This document shows, piece by piece, positions 46,192-55,479 of a DNA stretch of 57,793 bases. The position numbers and the translations under genes are program-made. How positions within the stretch are numbered: position 1 is the first letter of the stretch; each line of letters opens with the position of its first letter. The stretch comes from an uncultured Bacilli bacterium (lineage in GTDB: Bacteria; Bacillota_I; Bacilli_A; RF39; UBA660), in NCBI GenBank assembly GCA_934130215.1, contig CAKOXR010000001.1:1-57793 (forward strand), read 5' to 3'. The notes under the pieces are model-generated. The model did not search any database. It was given only the letters and a program-made list of their open reading frames with translations, and was not told the DNA's origin.

Positions 46192-46869
46192 ATGAAAAAG
46201 AAAAAAAGGAAAATTAGTTTATTAAAGGTAATGATTGTATTTTTACTTATTTATTTGTTAACTATTAGTTTTTATAAATTGGTTACAATTAATATTAGGA
46301 ACATATATATTATTGGTAATACTTATGTTAGTGATAAATATATTATTGATAAAGCTGGTTTAACTAATTATCCTCCTTTTTTCTTGACTTTGAGTTCTGG
46401 TATTAAGAAAAAATTACTTGATTGTGATGAAATTTTAGATGTTAGAGTTAAAAAAAATTTATTTTCAGTTTATATATATATTAATGAAAATATTCCTCTT
46501 TTTTATAATAAGAGTAATGATAAATTTGTTTTAAAGGATGGTAGAGAAGTTGATTTAAAGTATAATGTTGCTTCTTTAAATAATTATGTTCCTGATACTA
46601 TTTATGGTGATTTTATTAAAAAAATGGGGGATGTTAATTTAGATATTTTATATAGGATTTCTGAGATTGAATATAGACCTAATGATGTTGATAGTTTAAG
46701 GTTTTATTTAGTTATGGATGATGGTAATGAGGTTTATTTAACTTTAAATGATTTTCTTAAGATTAATAATTATATTGAAATTGTTAAAACTTTAGATAAT
46801 TCTAAGGGTACTATTTATTTAGATAGTGGTAATTATTTTGAGGTTAAAACTGATCGGTTTTTAAGTTGA
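46192..46869 (+). CDS. divIB: Cell division protein DivIB/FtsQ (POTRA domain)
   Basis: Basic N-terminus, one TM, and a POTRA-like IRNIYIIGNTYVSDKYIIDKAGL. This is the conserved position after murB. Confidence 0.7.
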   Translation: MKKKKRKISLLKVMIVFLLIYLLTISFYKLVTINIRNIYIIGNTYVSDKYIIDKAGLTNYPPFFLTLSSGIKKKLLDCDEILDVRVKKNLFSVYIYINENIPLFYNKSNDKFVLKDGREVDLKYNVASLNNYVPDTIYGDFIKKMGDVNLDILYRISEIEYRPNDVDSLRFYLVMDDGNEVYLTLNDFLKINNYIEIVKTLDNSKGTIYLDSGNYFEVKTDRFLS

Positions 46870-46913
46870 CTTTTATTTTAAAATATTGTATTATTAATGT
46901 AGAGGTTAAGGAT

Positions 46914-47318
46914 ATGAAAAAAGAGTTAGTTAATATTTCAGATAAAATAAATTTTATTAATAATAAAAAGAAAGATATTGAATTTAGAATAAATTTGTAT
47001 AAAGAATCTAGAAGTGGTTTTATGAGTGTTTATTCTATTTGTAGTATTTTTATATTTTCTTTTTGTTTTTGTTCAATTATTGTTTCTTATATTTTACCTT
47101 CTTATATAGTTGGTTATTTAACTCTTTTATTAAATAGTATTTCTGTTTCATTTTTGATTTATTTACTTAGTGAAAATAAGACAAATTTAAAAGTTATGGA
47201 AAAACTTAATTTAAATAAACTTGATTTAGAGTTAAAAAAATATAATAAAGAATTAAATAAATATGATAATGAATATAAACAAATTGTTGAAATGGTTATG
47301 TTAGGTGATGATGTATAA
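46914..47318 (+). CDS. Small two-TM membrane protein with coiled-coil ends, unknown function
   Basis: GAGG RBS then ATG at 46914. Central hydrophobic hairpin. Confidence 0.5.
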   Translation: MKKELVNISDKINFINNKKKDIEFRINLYKESRSGFMSVYSICSIFIFSFCFCSIIVSYILPSYIVGYLTLLLNSISVSFLIYLLSENKTNLKVMEKLNLNKLDLELKKYNKELNKYDNEYKQIVEMVMLGDDV

Positions 47319-47345
47319 AAAGAATAAAAAAATATTCTTTTTTTA
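47319..47345 (+). terminator. Rho-independent terminator ending the SEDS/murG/murB/divIB operon
   Basis: AAAGAATA, loop AAAAAA, TATTCTTT, followed by TTTTT. Confidence 0.6.
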
Positions 47346-47439
47346 TTTTAATTAAAATCATTATATACTTGTCTTATTTATATCTAATATGGTAAAATTA
47401 AATTGTAATAAAAAATAAAGTGTTGAAAGGGGATGAAAC

Positions 47440-49023
47440 ATGAAAAAACAAATTTTATTTTTATCGATTTTATTTTTATTATTTTTTATATTATCTTATA
47501 CATTTTCTATATTTAATAGTTTTATTAATGGAGATATAAGTGCGAATATTAAAGATTGGGTTTTTAAGGTTAATATTATTGATGCTATTGTAGAAAATGA
47601 TGGTTATAAATTAAATTTAAATGGTACTAGTGGCGAGATTAATATAAATATTAATACTATAGGTGGTAATAAGAGTGTTGATTATTCTATAGAATTAATT
47701 GGGGATAATTCTATTGAGTATTATGAAGATAATAATTATACTCAATTAATTCATAATAATATCTATAATGATAGTGTTGATCATAATTCAAATATTAATA
47801 AGAAAATATATTATAAATCAAATAATAATAGTGATATTTTTATTAAAACAAAAGCTAGTATAAAAGAATATGCGATTATGAAGAATGGGAATTATTATAG
47901 TAACAATACTGAATTTTGGAATAATAATTATAAACCTTATATTAAAACAATTAACTTTAGTAATGATTTGAGTAATTTACCAAGTAATTGTACTATAGAA
48001 AATTTATGTTGGGATATATCTGAAAATGAAAATCAGAAGAAAAAGGTATATGGTTATTTAGTTGATACTGGGTTAAAAGATAGTACTGATAATACTAAAC
48101 CATTATATGATTTGTATATAGTTAGCAAACATGAAATATTTGCACCAATAAATTGTGGAAAAATATTTTCATTTTATAAAACTGAAAATAATAAAGATAT
48201 ATCTAATTTAACTCAAATTAATTTTAATAATAATTTTAATACCTCAAATGTTACAAATATGAATAATATTTTTGCATTGTGTAAACAATTAAAGAGTTTA
48301 GATTTAAGTAATTTTAATACGGCAAATGTAACAGATATGAATGCTATGTTTAATTTTTGTAGTTCTATAGTTAATTTAAATTTGAGTGGTTTTAATACCT
48401 CTAATGTAACAAATATGACTCAAATGTTTGGGGACTGTAAAGCTTTAACAAGTTTAGATTTAAGTGGCTTTAATACAATGAATGTAACAAATATGAATTT
48501 TATGTTTAATTATTGTAGTTCTTTAGTAAATTTAAATTTAAGTAGTTTTAATACTGTGAAAGTAACAAGTATGCATAGTATGTTTACTCAATGTTCATCA
48601 TTGACAAGTCTAGATTTAAGTAGTTTTAATACCTCAAATGTAACAAATATGTCATATATGTTTCAATCATGTTCAAAGTTAAAAACTTTAAATCTAAATA
48701 ATTTTGATACGACAAAAGTTACTGATATGAGAAGTATGTTTTTTAGATGTACAAGTTTATATAATTTATATATTAATAATTTTAATACGGCAAATTTAGT
48801 AAATACTTTCAGAATGTTTAGCAATTGTTATTCTGCAGTTGCAACGATAACCATAAGAAATAGTAATGTTAATGACTATAGTTCAATGTTTTCCAATGCT
48901 GCTATCTATTCAGGAGCTAAAATAATTGTTAATTATACATCAAATACAAGTGCTATAGTTGATAGTATGATTGCAACAAAATCAGCAAGTAGTAATGTTA
49001 TAAAAGGAAGTTTAGTTTCATGA
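47440..49023 (+). CDS. Surface protein with DUF285/BspA-type 26-residue leucine-rich repeats and a SipW-type signal peptide
   Basis: Signal segment ends in YTFSIFNSFINGDISANIKDWVFKVN. About eight repeats of FNTSNVTNMxxMFxxCSSLxSLDLSx. Confidence 0.8.
   Translation: MKKQILFLSILFLLFFILSYTFSIFNSFINGDISANIKDWVFKVNIIDAIVENDGYKLNLNGTSGEINININTIGGNKSVDYSIELIGDNSIEYYEDNNYTQLIHNNIYNDSVDHNSNINKKIYYKSNNNSDIFIKTKASIKEYAIMKNGNYYSNNTEFWNNNYKPYIKTINFSNDLSNLPSNCTIENLCWDISENENQKKKVYGYLVDTGLKDSTDNTKPLYDLYIVSKHEIFAPINCGKIFSFYKTENNKDISNLTQINFNNNFNTSNVTNMNNIFALCKQLKSLDLSNFNTANVTDMNAMFNFCSSIVNLNLSGFNTSNVTNMTQMFGDCKALTSLDLSGFNTMNVTNMNFMFNYCSSLVNLNLSSFNTVKVTSMHSMFTQCSSLTSLDLSSFNTSNVTNMSYMFQSCSKLKTLNLNNFDTTKVTDMRSMFFRCTSLYNLYINNFNTANLVNTFRMFSNCYSAVATITIRNSNVNDYSSMFSNAAIYSGAKIIVNYTSNTSAIVDSMIATKSASSNVIKGSLVS
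48234..48850 (+). repeat. About eight tandem 78-nt (26-codon) coding repeats
   Basis: The periodic FNT[SA]NVT[ND]M..MF..C..L..L[DN]LS block is read directly from the translation. Confidence 0.8.
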
Positions 49024-49113
49024 ACTTCTTTTTATTTGATTTATAAGATAAATATAAAATACTTTACTAAATATAAAAAATATTGTAAAATTAGTATAGT
49101 AAAGGTGATAACT

Positions 49114-49818
49114 ATGGATTTTAAAATTGAAGAAATAAAAAATAATAATAAAAAAATCTATAATTATGATATTAAGAAATTATTAAAAAAAGATACAGTT
49201 AATTTTAGTGAAGCAAGATTTGTACTTGAAACATTAGGTAATGAAGTATCACAAGAAAATTTTGATTTCTTTGTTTTATTTATTAAATATAGAAAATTTA
49301 ATATAAAAAAATATATAATAAATAATAAAAATAATTTTTTTAGAATTAAAAGTAAATTTAAATTATTAAAAACAAAACAAATAATAGGGGTATATTTATA
49401 TTATAATAAAGAAATATTTTTACTAGGGCATTCATTAAGTTTAAGTAATATGTTAAAAGAATTATTTTTAAAATTAAGATATATAAATCAAGAACGAAGA
49501 ATCAAATTTATAAAACAAAATCCAGAATTATCCAAAAATAATGAACAAATATATTTAATATATAAAGAAAATATATTAAAAATAAAAAATAAAAAATTTT
49601 ATAATGAAAAAAAAGATTATTTTGAATCAAATATAGATGCTTATGAAGTTTCATTAAAACAAATGATTGGAATATGTGAAAGATTTGATTTAAATAATAA
49701 ATTATTAAACAAAATAAAAAAAGAATTAACAATAATACAAAATAGAAGAAATAAAAAAGAATATGAAGAAATAAAAAATAAATTAAAAATAGAATTCATA
49801 AATTTTGGTGAAATATGA
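49114..49818 (+). CDS. Lys/Asn-rich cytoplasmic protein of unknown function, translationally coupled to a radical SAM enzyme
   Basis: GGTGA RBS then ATG at 49114. No TM or signal peptide. Its stop overlaps the downstream ATG (ATGA). Confidence 0.5.
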   Translation: MDFKIEEIKNNNKKIYNYDIKKLLKKDTVNFSEARFVLETLGNEVSQENFDFFVLFIKYRKFNIKKYIINNKNNFFRIKSKFKLLKTKQIIGVYLYYNKEIFLLGHSLSLSNMLKELFLKLRYINQERRIKFIKQNPELSKNNEQIYLIYKENILKIKNKKFYNEKKDYFESNIDAYEVSLKQMIGICERFDLNNKLLNKIKKELTIIQNRRNKKEYEEIKNKLKIEFINFGEI

Positions 49819-50615
49819 GATTTAAAAGAATATATGTAGAACTTTCAAATATATGTAATTTGAACTGTTCTTTTTGTTCTAAAGATAAAAGAAAAAAAAG
49901 AAGTTTAACAATTGATGAATTTAAATTAATAATAAAAGAAATAAAACCATATACTAACCTTATATATTTACATATAAAAGGAGAACCATTATTATATAAA
50001 AACATAGAGCAAGTATTTGAGTATGCTTTAAAAAATAATATTAAAATCAAAATAACAACAAACGGAATATATTTAAATAAATATATTGATCTAATAAATA
50101 AATATAATAATATAGTCCAAATAAATATATCAATAATGTGTGAAAATAAAGAAAAAGATTATTTAAATAAAATATTTGAAACTTCTTCTAAAATAAAAAC
50201 GACTATAGTATATAGAATATGGTTAAATAAAAATAATAATTTATATTTAGATAAAATATTAAAATATTATAAAAAAGAAAATACAGGTAAAAATATAAAA
50301 TTAAATGACCATATTTATTTAGATAAAGATATAGAATTTATATGGCCAAATGAAGGAAAAAAAGATAAAACAAAAGGAATATGTTATGGCTCAAGAAGCC
50401 ATATCGGTATATTATCAAATGGAGAAGTAGTACCTTGTTGTTTAGATTCAGAAGGAATATTATCATTCGGAAATATATTTGATAAACATTTAGAACAAAT
50501 ACTAAATTCAAATGAATTTAAACTATTTAATGAAACAATGAAAAAAGGTATTATGAAAGAAGAATTATGTCAAAAATGTAATTTTAAAAACAGATTAACT
50601 AAACATAATGTTTGA
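49815..50615 (+). CDS. Radical SAM enzyme with a SPASM/twitch-like C-terminal Cys cluster
   Basis: CX3CX2C in ELSNICNLNCSFCS. C-terminal GICYGS...VVPCCLDSEG...ELCQKCNF. Confidence 0.8.
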   Translation: MRFKRIYVELSNICNLNCSFCSKDKRKKRSLTIDEFKLIIKEIKPYTNLIYLHIKGEPLLYKNIEQVFEYALKNNIKIKITTNGIYLNKYIDLINKYNNIVQINISIMCENKEKDYLNKIFETSSKIKTTIVYRIWLNKNNNLYLDKILKYYKKENTGKNIKLNDHIYLDKDIEFIWPNEGKKDKTKGICYGSRSHIGILSNGEVVPCCLDSEGILSFGNIFDKHLEQILNSNEFKLFNETMKKGIMKEELCQKCNFKNRLTKHNV

Positions 50616-50662
50616 TAACATACAATAAATAAAAATAATCTTTTTCTTTTGTTTTTTTAGTG

Positions 50663-50668
50663 TATAAT
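50663..50668 (+). promoter_or_regulatory. Putative -10 element of the acyl-ligase operon
   Basis: TATAAT lies 17 nt upstream of the ATG at 50685. Confidence 0.3.
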
Positions 50669-50684
50669 GAGATTGGAGATTTAT

Positions 50685-52217
50685 ATGAAAAAAAATTACC
50701 CATACTATAACCCTTATAAAATAAATAATTTAAAACAAATGTTAGAGCATAGTATCTTAAAAGGAAATGATATTGCTTTTAAATATAAAGATAAAACTAA
50801 AACTTATTTTGATTATTATAATGATGTTATAAATATAAGTAATTATCTATATAAAAATCATAAAAATGAACATATAGCAATTATAGGAGAAAATAGTTAT
50901 AACTATTTAGTTTTATTTTTAGGAATTATTTTAAGTGGTAATATAGCGGTATTAATAGACAAAGATTTAAATGAAGAAAAAATAAATGAATTATTAAAAT
51001 TAAGTGATTGTAAAAATATATATAGTTCTAATTATACTAATATAAAAAAAGGTAAAAAAATTGAAAATATTGATAAATATATTCAAGAAGGAAAGAATTA
51101 TTTTAACAATTATAAATTAGATGAAAATAAAGAAGCAGTTATATTCTTTACAAGTGGAACAGTTGGTGCAAATAAAGCAGTTATGTTAAGTCAAAAAAAT
51201 ATAGCAAACAATATATATTCAGCATCATGTTTATTTGAAGCAACAGGAACAGTTTTATCTGTCTTACCATATCATCATGCTTTTGGACTCTTAACAGGAG
51301 TATTTGCACCATTTAATTATCACTGTCCAGTATTTATAAATAGTTCTATTAAAAATATAATTAAAGATATGAAAGAATCTAAACCCCAAGTTTTATTTTT
51401 AGTACCAGCTTTTGTTGAAAAGTTTTATAAACAAATATGGAGTCAAGCAAGAAGAAAAAAAATGCAATATTTATTAAGTGCTGTTATTAAAACAAGTAAC
51501 GGATTAAAACATTTAGGAATAGATATAAGAAGAATAATGTTTAAATCAATACTAGATGAATTTGGAGGAAATATTGAATATATAATATGTGGAGGAGCGA
51601 GATTATCAAAAAAATATGTAAAACTATTTAGAAGTTTTGGAATTGAAATATTAAACGGATATGGAATAACAGAATGTTCCCCAGTAATATCTGTCAATCG
51701 AAATAATTATTCTAAAGATGGAAGTGTTGGTCAAGTTATAAAAGATGGAATAGTTAGAATAGAAAATAATGAAATTGTTTTTAAAAGCGAAAGTGTTATG
51801 TTAGGGTATTATAAAGATAAAAAAAGTACCGATGAATCTATTAAAAACGGATGGTTTTATACAGGAGATCTAGGATATATAGACAAAGATGATTTCTTAT
51901 TTATAACAGGAAGAAAGAAAAATTTAATCATTTTAAGTAATGGAGAAAATATATTACCAGATGAAATAGAGGAAATATTAAGTAATGATAAAGGAGTATC
52001 AGAAGTAGTTGTAACTGCTTTAAATCAAAGATTAGTTGCTTTAATATATCCAGAATCTACATATATGGGAGACCAAGAATATTTTGATAATCTAATATAT
52101 GAATATAATAAAAAAGTACCCAAAAATAAACAAATTGCTTATGTAATTTTAAGAAATGAAGAATTTAAAAAAAATAATAATAGAAAAATATTAAGGAGTA
52201 AAATATATGAAAGATGA
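50685..52217 (+). CDS. AMP-dependent acyl-CoA/acyl-ACP synthetase (FadD-like adenylating enzyme)
   Basis: FTSGTVGANKAVMLSQKN, GYGITECSP and YTGDLGYIDKDDFLFITGRKKNLII motifs. Confidence 0.85.
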   Translation: MKKNYPYYNPYKINNLKQMLEHSILKGNDIAFKYKDKTKTYFDYYNDVINISNYLYKNHKNEHIAIIGENSYNYLVLFLGIILSGNIAVLIDKDLNEEKINELLKLSDCKNIYSSNYTNIKKGKKIENIDKYIQEGKNYFNNYKLDENKEAVIFFTSGTVGANKAVMLSQKNIANNIYSASCLFEATGTVLSVLPYHHAFGLLTGVFAPFNYHCPVFINSSIKNIIKDMKESKPQVLFLVPAFVEKFYKQIWSQARRKKMQYLLSAVIKTSNGLKHLGIDIRRIMFKSILDEFGGNIEYIICGGARLSKKYVKLFRSFGIEILNGYGITECSPVISVNRNNYSKDGSVGQVIKDGIVRIENNEIVFKSESVMLGYYKDKKSTDESIKNGWFYTGDLGYIDKDDFLFITGRKKNLIILSNGENILPDEIEEILSNDKGVSEVVVTALNQRLVALIYPESTYMGDQEYFDNLIYEYNKKVPKNKQIAYVILRNEEFKKNNNRKILRSKIYER

Positions 52218-52431
52218 AGTAATTGAAATAATATCAAATGTAACTGAAATACCAGTAAAAAAAATAAATATTAATTCTAATTTAGTAAAAGATTTAGAAT
52301 TAGAATCATTAGATTTAGTATCTTTAATAGCTTCTTTTGAAGAAAAATATAATATAACAGTAGAAGATAAAGACATTAAAAATTTACAAACAGTTAAAGA
52401 TATAGTTGAATATATAGAAAAAAATGTATAA
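52207..52431 (+). CDS. Acyl carrier protein
   Basis: 74 aa with LELESLDLVSLI (phosphopantetheine-attachment Ser motif). Overlaps the ligase stop by 11 nt. Confidence 0.8.
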   Translation: MKDEVIEIISNVTEIPVKKININSNLVKDLELESLDLVSLIASFEEKYNITVEDKDIKNLQTVKDIVEYIEKNV

Positions 52432-52873
52432 ATTATATATAAAAACTAATATAAGTAGTAATAAATTATTAGATATAGTACTAAAAGAAAATAATATAAA
52501 AAATTATAAAATTTATTATAATAAATATGGTAAACCATATTTAAATTTAGATAAATATTTTAATATTAGTAATACTGATAATATAACAGTATGTGTTTTT
52601 TCTGATAAAGAAATTGGTGTTGATATTGAAAAACTAAAATATAACGAATTAGTTATGAAAAGAATGTTTAATAAAAAAGAAATTGATTTAGTAAATAAAT
52701 CTTTAAATAAAAAAGAAATTTTTACTATTATATGGACTATTAAAGAAAGTTATTCTAAATTATTAGGACTAGGTTTAAATTATAAATTTAAAAATATAGA
52801 TAGTTTTAATTTAAAAAATAAAATTAGTATAAAAAAATATCAAAATTATATTGTTACTATTATTGAGGAGTGA
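52424..52873 (+). CDS. 4'-phosphopantetheinyl transferase (short Sfp-like)
   Basis: KYGKPYL, GVDIEK and WTIKESYSKLLG motifs. Confidence 0.7.
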   Translation: MYKLYIKTNISSNKLLDIVLKENNIKNYKIYYNKYGKPYLNLDKYFNISNTDNITVCVFSDKEIGVDIEKLKYNELVMKRMFNKKEIDLVNKSLNKKEIFTIIWTIKESYSKLLGLGLNYKFKNIDSFNLKNKISIKKYQNYIVTIIEE

Positions 52874-52880
52874 AGTTGAA

Positions 52881-53687
52881 ATGAATATTATGTATTGTGG
52901 TGATAAGAATACTATAGATGGTCTTATTATTTCTTTATTATCAATTGTAAAACATGTTAAAAAAGAATTACGGATTTATATATTAACTATGAAATTTAAT
53001 AATCATGAAGCATTAAGTAATAAAGAAAAAGATATTCTTGAAAATATTATTAAAAGTGTAAATAAAAATAGTTTTGTAAAATTAATAGATTGTAAAAAGG
53101 AATATGAATCATTAATTCCTGTTGCAAATATAGATACAAGATTTACACCATATTGTATGCTAAGATTATATGCTGATTTATTAGATTTACCAAATAAAAT
53201 TTTATATTTAGATTATGATGTTGTTTGTAATAACAATTTTGAAGATTTATATAATATAGATAATTCTAACTATGAAATTGTTGGTGTTTTAGATTATTAT
53301 GGAAGTCATTTTTTTAAGAAAAAATTTTATGAAAAAGATTATATAAATTCTGGTGTTTTATTATTAAATATGGATTTAATTAAAAAAAGTAATTTATTTT
53401 TAAAAGCAAGAAAAATGTGTCATAACATTAAAATGTTAATGCCAGATCAAACAGCTTTAAATAAAATTTGTAAAAAGAAGATGGTTGTTGATTCAAAATA
53501 TAATGAACAACATATGATGAAAGATGATACTGTTTTTAGACATTTTACAACAACATTTAAGTTTTTTCCAAGATTTAAAACTCAAACTATTAAACCATGG
53601 CATATTGATAATTTACATAATATTTTAAATACTTATTGTTTTGATGATATATTAGAACAATACTTAAAAATAAAGGAGAATTTATGA
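52881..53687 (+). CDS. Glycosyltransferase family 8
   Basis: YLDYDVV (DxD) and INSGVLLLNM motifs. Confidence 0.8.
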   Translation: MNIMYCGDKNTIDGLIISLLSIVKHVKKELRIYILTMKFNNHEALSNKEKDILENIIKSVNKNSFVKLIDCKKEYESLIPVANIDTRFTPYCMLRLYADLLDLPNKILYLDYDVVCNNNFEDLYNIDNSNYEIVGVLDYYGSHFFKKKFYEKDYINSGVLLLNMDLIKKSNLFLKARKMCHNIKMLMPDQTALNKICKKKMVVDSKYNEQHMMKDDTVFRHFTTTFKFFPRFKTQTIKPWHIDNLHNILNTYCFDDILEQYLKIKENL

Positions 53688-54628
53688 TACCAATTTTTTT
53701 TGCAGTTGATGATAATTATGCAGCATTTTTAAGTGTTGCTATTATATCTTTATTAGAAAATAGTAATAAAAATAAATTTTATAAAATACATATTATTCAT
53801 GATAATATGTCTTATGAAAATATAAATAAAATTAAAAGTTTAGAAACAAGTAATTCATCTATTAATTTTTATTCTATTAATAATAAATTAGATTTTATAA
53901 ACGATATTAAAGATAATAGATTAAGACCAGATATTTTTACATTAACAATTTATTTTAGATTATTTATACCAGAAATGTTTAAAGAATATGATAAAGCCAT
54001 ATATATAGATTCAGATATTGTTTTAAATAGTGATATTTCTGAATTATATGATATTCCTTTAGATAATAATTATATTGGAGCATGTAATGATATATCAATA
54101 GTTGGAATAAAGGAATTTGAAGATTATTTTACATATGGTGTAGGTATTAATTATAAAAATTATATAAATTCGGGTGTTTTATTATTAAATATGAAAGAAT
54201 TAAGAAATAGAAATTTATCTTTAAAATTTTTGTATTTATTTAATAAATATCATTTTGAAAATGTAGATCCTGATCAAGCATATCTTAATTTTTTGTGTAA
54301 TGGTAATATTAAATATTTAGATAATTCTTGGAATACAATGCCAAATATAAATTATAAAGATATTAAAAATCCAAAATTAATTCATTATAATTTGTTTTTT
54401 AAGCCTTGGCATTATGATAATATTATGTATGAAGATTATTTTTGGAAATATGCTAGTAAATCGATTTATTATCAAGATATATTAAATATTAAAAATAATT
54501 TTAATCAAGAATGTAAGAAAAAGGATGAAGAACATTTAAAAGATATGTTAAAAAGAGCCTCTAATATAGCAAGTAGTTCATCTAATTTTAGAACAGTTTA
54601 TGAATCAGGAGAAGAAACTAGATTATGA
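53684..54628 (+). CDS. Glycosyltransferase family 8
   Basis: IPIFFAVDDNYA, YIDSDIV (DxD), INSGVLLLNM and HYN..FKPW motifs. ATGA overlap with the upstream gene. Confidence 0.85.
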   Translation: MIPIFFAVDDNYAAFLSVAIISLLENSNKNKFYKIHIIHDNMSYENINKIKSLETSNSSINFYSINNKLDFINDIKDNRLRPDIFTLTIYFRLFIPEMFKEYDKAIYIDSDIVLNSDISELYDIPLDNNYIGACNDISIVGIKEFEDYFTYGVGINYKNYINSGVLLLNMKELRNRNLSLKFLYLFNKYHFENVDPDQAYLNFLCNGNIKYLDNSWNTMPNINYKDIKNPKLIHYNLFFKPWHYDNIMYEDYFWKYASKSIYYQDILNIKNNFNQECKKKDEEHLKDMLKRASNIASSSSNFRTVYESGEETRL

Positions 54629-55479
54629 TTATTGGTGGAAGTAAAAAGGAAGTAATTGAAAATATTAAAAAAAATACTATTTCTTTAGAATTAAATAAAA
54701 AAGTTGAAGTAGGAGATCCTATTTTTAGTTTAGATGAATCAAATGAAATATTAGATAAATTTTATAAAAATAAAAATAGTTTATTTTATAAATTTAAAAA
54801 GAAAAAAGCAGAAAATATTGTTTTAAATGTTAGAAAACAATTAGAGGATATAGAAATAAAAGGTTATGAAAATATTTCTTCTTTAGATTTATCAAGAGGT
54901 GCTATTGTTACAAATAATCATTTTAATCCTCTTGATAGTTATGGTATTAGAGATATTGCTTTAAAACTTAATAAAGATCTTTATATAGTAATTGAGGATA
55001 CTAATTTAAGTTTACCGGGAGTTATTGGATTTTTAATGAACAATTTAAATACTTTGCCTGTTAGTAAGAGTCCGAATTATTTGCTAAAAAAATTTAATCC
55101 TGAATTAAAAAAAGTACTTGATTTAGGTAATTTAGTTTTAATATATCCGGAAGAAGAAATGTGGTTTAATTATTCTAAACCAAGACCTTGTAAGAGGGGA
55201 GCTTATCAGTTTGCGAGTTTAAATAAAGTTCCTATTATTTCTTGTTTTACAGAAATAGTAGATCTTGGTATTCCTGATAATGATGAGTTTAATAAAGTAA
55301 AATATATTGTTCATATATTAAAGCCAATACTATATGATGAAGAAAAAAGTTTAAAACAAAATAGTATTGAAATGTCTAATAAAGATTATGAACAAAAAAA
55401 AGAAGCTTATGAAAAAGCTTATAATAAGAAATTAGATTATGATTTTGATAAAAAAGATATAATTGGATTAAGAAATTAA
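54625..55479 (+). CDS. PlsC/LPLAT-family acyltransferase
   Basis: HX4D motif NHFNPLD and YPEEE block. ATGA overlap with the upstream GT8 gene. Confidence 0.7.
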   Translation: MIIGGSKKEVIENIKKNTISLELNKKVEVGDPIFSLDESNEILDKFYKNKNSLFYKFKKKKAENIVLNVRKQLEDIEIKGYENISSLDLSRGAIVTNNHFNPLDSYGIRDIALKLNKDLYIVIEDTNLSLPGVIGFLMNNLNTLPVSKSPNYLLKKFNPELKKVLDLGNLVLIYPEEEMWFNYSKPRPCKRGAYQFASLNKVPIISCFTEIVDLGIPDNDEFNKVKYIVHILKPILYDEEKSLKQNSIEMSNKDYEQKKEAYEKAYNKKLDYDFDKKDIIGLRN

